This document shows, piece after piece, positions 59,252-64,000 of a stretch of 64,000 nucleotides of DNA (within the stretch, counting starts at the first letter, position 1; every line of letters begins with the position of its first letter). The DNA comes from Macrostomum hystrix (Eukaryota > Animalia > Platyhelminthes). The stretch spans positions 558,001-622,000 of the forward strand of contig CATNEN010000011.1 of NCBI GenBank assembly GCA_950097015.1, written 5' to 3'. Made by a program: the position numbers and the translations under genes. Under the pieces are notes generated by a model, which made no database searches, had not been told where the DNA came from, and worked only from the letters and a program-made list of their open reading frames with translations.

Positions 59252-59782
59252 TCATGCTTGTGGCGCCCTTGAAATTATGAGACAACACAGCTCTTTCTAA
59301 GGATTAGAATCAATAGACAGAACTATTAGTTGGTGTTGCGCTTACCGTTGCTGAATTGCATTTAGGACCCTCTTTCATTTGATACTAGACAATGGCCGTC
59401 TCTAATTGAGAAAGATAGACGCGTCTCTCTCTCGCTATGCTTCTATTTTACCATAGACAAGTGTCGCGCGCCGACTCGTTGTTTCGTTATTTCACATGTG
59501 ACATCCCGTCATACACTATTTCGTTTGAATTTCAGTTTTAGATTTCAATCCAAAAATGTATAAGTTTCGAAAGTAGCACAGAAGATGCGGCAGTTTTCAA
59601 TTGTAGCCACATGCATTGGTATTTTAAACAAAAAGGTATATTTATCAGCAAGTTTATTTATACGTATCAAATAAATATGTTTTTTTAAGACATCACCAGC
59701 AATAGAACAGAATTTGTGTAGTAGCTTTGTCACTTCTTTAGCTTTTGCGGCTTGTTCTCGATCTGTAAAATAGATTTCAGAG

Positions 59783-62700
59783 TCATCGAATGATGTTCAA
59801 AGTTGTGCTATCGTCATTATCTAACGGTGGAGCTTCAATTTCGGAAGCAGTGGCTTTGAAGATTGCGGCGTCGGTCGAATAGTTTAGCGGGTTCGCGTCC
59901 TCTTTCACTTGTTCGCTGCACAAGTGGGCCACAATGCAGGCTCCAACTGCGTCGCCGAGTACATTGATCGAAGTACGAATGCGATCTCTGCATTGTTTGT
60001 TTGTTTAGAGGCGTCTTATTGTTGATGCTAAGAGATGAAGCACCAAGGGGCAGACGTTTTCTAGAAATTTTAGGACTCTAGAAATATAATTATTTTTGGA
60101 AAGCTATGGGAAAATTTGAGCCTGTATTCTGTTTTTTATGGCAATTCATTGAATATAATTAGAGGTACAGAATAAAACGGTGGGTACTTAAATTACCCCC
60201 GTGGTTTTTCTACAGTTAATGACACGTGGACATACTAAAATTATCATAAAATAGGCATAAAAGTCCTTTCTAATGCTTTTCTCACTCTTCCGCTTATGAT
60301 TTAAGCTTACAGGAGCCAATCGACAGCCAAGATGAGAGGTATGTCATTAAACGGTAGATTGACTGAATCCAGCACGGTTACCAAGGTGATTAGTCTAGCG
60401 CCGGGCACACTAGTGGCTCCCATGGCCACCAAGGTGACTGTAGAGCTGCGGGTAAACCATTTTTAGGGGCGCGGATGCAAGTGTTGTGAACGGAAATGTT
60501 GCAAGTTTGCTGCAAGGTGGCTGTGAAGCTGCGGCTAAACCATTTTTGGGGCGCAGATGCTAGTCTTATATACTAAAATGCTGCAAGTTGGCTATGAATT
60601 TTTCTTAATTTATCTCACAAATGCACTTTGTTTGTTTGCTGGCCAACGGACAAGGGAACAAAATAAGATAGCTAGAAAGCTATGGATGGCCAACCCACAA
60701 CAAGCTGTCAACCAATAAACGAAGCTGGAATTTACATAGCTAGGAGTGGGCTTATTGATTGAGAGAACAAAGGCGTGATTGGGTGGAAGGTGGGAACTAC
60801 CCACCCTCTTTTTTTTTTTTTTTTTTTTTAACTTAATTGCAGGGGGGCCTGGGGCACTTGACGCACAAGCGCAGGAACGGCATGCCCCCAGGCCGGCGAA
60901 CTAGGCGGGAGTCGCCCATCGCGCCATCTAGACCCCTGAACACAGGCACCTCATACACAGCCGCAAGCCAAGCGGGGAAGGGGGCGGCAGCCGGAGTGCC
61001 TCTCACCCCCAGGCCCGCACACGCACAGAGCTGACCAAACCAGGGGAGGACTTATATGCCTGAAGGGTAGGGACGAGAGGACCAAGCCACGCGCGCAGAC
61101 GGCTGGTGAAACCTCGCCGCTCAGAGCACGCAAGGCTGGTGCACACCCGCCCCACCCCCCATACAACGCCTCACACCCGGCCCAACGCACAAACACAAAC
61201 ACAAACAAGCAGGCACACAGAAGGCAGGAGCGAAGCTATTATTTCAAGCTTTGATTGCACGAAATATGGTGCACCTCCGCCGGTCGCTACTGTCCAAACC
61301 CCCCCAACAAGTCCCGAAATTAATCGTGACTTGAAGGGTGAATCGAACTAGCTTCCTTTGGAGTGCGAGGCAGCGACGTTAGCCGCTGACCCACTCGCCC
61401 CCCCTACCCACCCTCACCAAGACGTCGATCAATACAAATATAGCCACAGCGAATGAAAGATCGACTCGTGGCACACTATACTCGTAACAACCGAGGCTAA
61501 AAATGTAGTCTCGGTTTTCCAAGAGATTCCAGCACCCTCTAAAGCTGTATAAAACAGAATATGCAATTTTTGAGCAATAAACTGATGGGAAGAAGTTACA
61601 TTAAATAATTTTCCTCGATGGTTATGTGGGAACCCTCAGGGGTTGAAGCACGGCAGTTAGAGCTTTTGACTTTTTACTGAGGCCGGGAGTTCAAATCTCA
61701 GTCAAAGAAAAATAAAGGTATCATTCTGAAGGGAAATTTAATCCCCAATGGCTTCAGTCGCAGATTTTTTGTAATAGCATTAGCTAGGGTTGAATTTGGG
61801 TGGTGTGATAATGCAATGAACTCAGCTTTTAGAAGCAGCGGCTGTGCCACTGGTTGCACTACCAGGTTATATGTAAAGGTCTCTGTCTTTTTTAGCAGTA
61901 TTAGTACTAATAATAATCATATATATCATTAGAATAATTCGAAAGCAGCACAAACTAACCAGGTAATTATAATCTGGCTGAAGTTCAGCGCCATTTTGTT
62001 GATCTGAGCAATGAAGATAAATGCAACAGCCTCGTACAATGCGGTACCGTCCATATTAATTGTAGCCCCAATCGGCAGCACAAACCGGGTGATGCGCCGA
62101 TGAATTTTAAGGTTTCCCTCGAGACACTTTAATGTGACCGGCAGGGTTGCTGAAGACGACGCAGTGCTCAGAGCGGTTAGCCAGGCTTGGAACATACCCT
62201 TGAAGAATATCAGCGAATTCTTTCTCGTCAGAACCAAGTAAATGAGGTTCAGCGTTATTAGAGAGTGAATAAGTTGGCCGGATGTCACAGTGATCACAAA
62301 GAAAACCATGTTGCGCATTGTGGACATCAGGTATTTGTCCTCCAGCAGCTTGGCGGTGATCAGAAAGTAAATGCCAACTGGCGTGTACCTGCAGGTCCAC
62401 AAGAGCGTTAGTAACAATAATAATTGCAAGGTGCCTGTGGTCAGTACAACTGCAATGCGCACGCGGGTTGCATGCCGCCTAGACTTCAAGCACGAGTGAC
62501 GCGTTCTGATTAACTGGTGGGTTTACTGTCTGTCTCAAATGGGTCTAGGCTGGGGTGGGGGTTGTTAGCGTGACTGCCTACTTGTATCTTAGTGCGCCAA
62601 GCCTTTTCAAACCTCCGTTTTTTACTTTCTGAATTACTCCTGAATTACTCCCGGTTCAGAATTACTTCTGAACCGCTGTGTTCTTTCTTTGGCCGCGCTG

Positions 62701-63945
62701 CCTCAGCACTTGGCGGCAGTAGACTCACAGCCAGAGAGAGGCAATACAGCCAATGCATTTCGCTGACTCCGCTGAGCACAGATTCTCATTGACTAACACC
62801 TGCCCTGGCTTTTACATCACGTTAAGCAGTCCCATGCAGTGATCCTAATGGGCGTAAATTGCGCTACAAGCCCCTTTACCATCTCTCCATCTCTCCATGG
62901 CTGCGCCCTAAATTAATATGGCCACAAGAGCTCAGGGACATAGGTGCGAAAGTCAAACGCGCAAACCTAGCAAGCACTAACCATGATGAAGTGAGCTATG
63001 AAGTAGATAAGTAAACGATTTGAGTAAATAAGTAAGTAAACAAGTAAGTAAACAACTACATCTTAGAGCATGCACCTAGGTTAGTAAAAAGTGAGCTTGA
63101 TTAAAAACTTACCACATGACAGCTCTGTTCATAACGATGACAACATCGTTCAGTACCTTGACTAGTTGCACCAGCATTTTTCCTTTTTCCGGCATGTTTC
63201 TCAGAACGGCTCCGAAAAATAATGAGACACTCACTAAACCTAAAGACAAATTCGCAAAGATGCTGGAACTTTATAATCGCAATTAAAAGTATTCAAAATA
63301 TGTGCGAGTAATTGAAAAAAATATATATTAATTTAAAAGAAAGAAATTTATAAACTAAATTATTTTACAATGGTAGCAAAATACCAACCAATTGCATTTG
63401 GAACATCCACTTTTGTCTTTTTGAATTTATTGACCAGCCTCCACGATTTGCCGTCATTATAAGTTTCATTTGTGGTGTAGTGGATATTCATTTTCTTCTG
63501 TTGAAAGCAGGTCGTCACTATGTTGTCTGGAATGATGTTTCTGAAATGTTTTTCAATTTCTACGCTTAATTTAGCATTACGTAACACCGTCTTTCTTATC
63601 AGTCTCCTGTCGGATCTCTTCTATCTGATATATTGTGCTATCCGTATCAAGTCTCATATCTCTTCTACAATAAATCTCTTTCTAATTCCTATAGGGCAAC
63701 GCAGTTTAAGCAAATTGTAAAATTGAGAACTCACCGAAGCCAATCCACATAGCTTATCAAATGCGAATCAACATCAAACAGCTCATTACTCGATTGTTCA
63801 GTTTTTATAGCATTGGGGCTGCCAGGATGGATAAAAATCACCAGGATTAAGCCGACAATGACAGCTAACAGTGTCCTCACAATGTAGTACACAGCTGTTA
63901 TAATAGTCATTTTGGTTGAAGAGCCTGGGGCAAGGCTAGTGATGC
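59783..63945 (-). CDS. SLC1A: Excitatory amino acid transporter (SLC1A/EAAT family), 5' partial
   Basis: Exons 63945-63735, 63540-63389, 63239-63113, 62388-61960, 60445-60311, 59987-59783; GT-AG, phases consistent. HP1 TASSSATLP, TM7 GATINMDGTALYEAV, TM8 AVDWLLDRIRTSINVLGD. Confidence 0.93.
60809..61403 (-). mobile_element. Young tRNA-headed SINE (family C), 595 bp, poly(A) tail, 12-bp TSD
   Basis: TSD CTACCCACCCTC at 60797-60808 and 61404-61415; T21 at 60809-60829; minus-strand head GGGGCGAGTGGGTCAGCGGCTAACG...AGTTCGATTCACC. Confidence 0.85.
61637..61830 (+). mobile_element. Degenerate tRNA-headed SINE (family A-like)
   Basis: GCACGGCAGTTAGAGC...GGAGTTCAAATCTC head; AATGGCTTCAGTC core-like remnant. 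Confidence 0.4.
62690..62968 (-). mobile_element. SINE family B, copy 4 (diverged)
   Basis: GCGTAAATTGCGCTACAAGCCCC, CATTTCGCTGACTCC and GAGCTCAGGGAC match the reverse complement of the 33.6-kb copy. Confidence 0.6.
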
Positions 63946-64000
63946 CTGCGTTGTAAAGTTATGCACAAACAAGCATTTATATTTATTGTTTTATGCCCGT

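Noticed and set aside
59695-59765. Extra exon linking the intact EAAT gene to the downstream paralog (tandem fusion)
   Set aside because: No phase-compatible donor before the TGA at 59785; the segment precedes an AATAAA and is best read as 3' UTR.

Overview
Eukaryotic (metazoan) genomic DNA, standard genetic code, with GC-rich CAG-repeat-rich exons and AT-rich GT-AG introns. The style suggests a free-living flatworm such as Macrostomum; this is inference and was not checked. Left to right: the end of an EnSpm/CACTA-type transposon with a spliced, stop-disabled transposase (-); prefoldin 2 (+); an 8-exon MICAL-like gene (+); a 5-exon TAF1C/Rrn6-like gene (+); an STI1/DP-domain gene (-); an uncharacterised gene (-); a decayed Tc1/mariner element with long TIRs; and a 10-exon CCDC66-like gene (+, 29083-47052). 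The 11.2-kb intron 8 of the CCDC66-like gene holds a complete antisense two-exon SID-1/SIDT gene. Further right are a divergent, internally deleted SLC1/EAAT paralog (-); a cluster of Crypton-type tyrosine-recombinase sequences, one split by a 2965-bp TG...CA insertion with a 4-bp TSD; and the 3' six exons of an intact EAAT gene (-). There are at least three tRNA-headed SINE families, several MITEs and many minisatellites. Best leads: the nested SIDT gene, a CCDC66-like intron apparently created by a SINE insertion, the interrupted and fused Crypton recombinases, and an EAAT paralog with altered substrate and Na+ residues in TM8. Gene models were built by eye from the ORF track and splice signals; no database searches were run.
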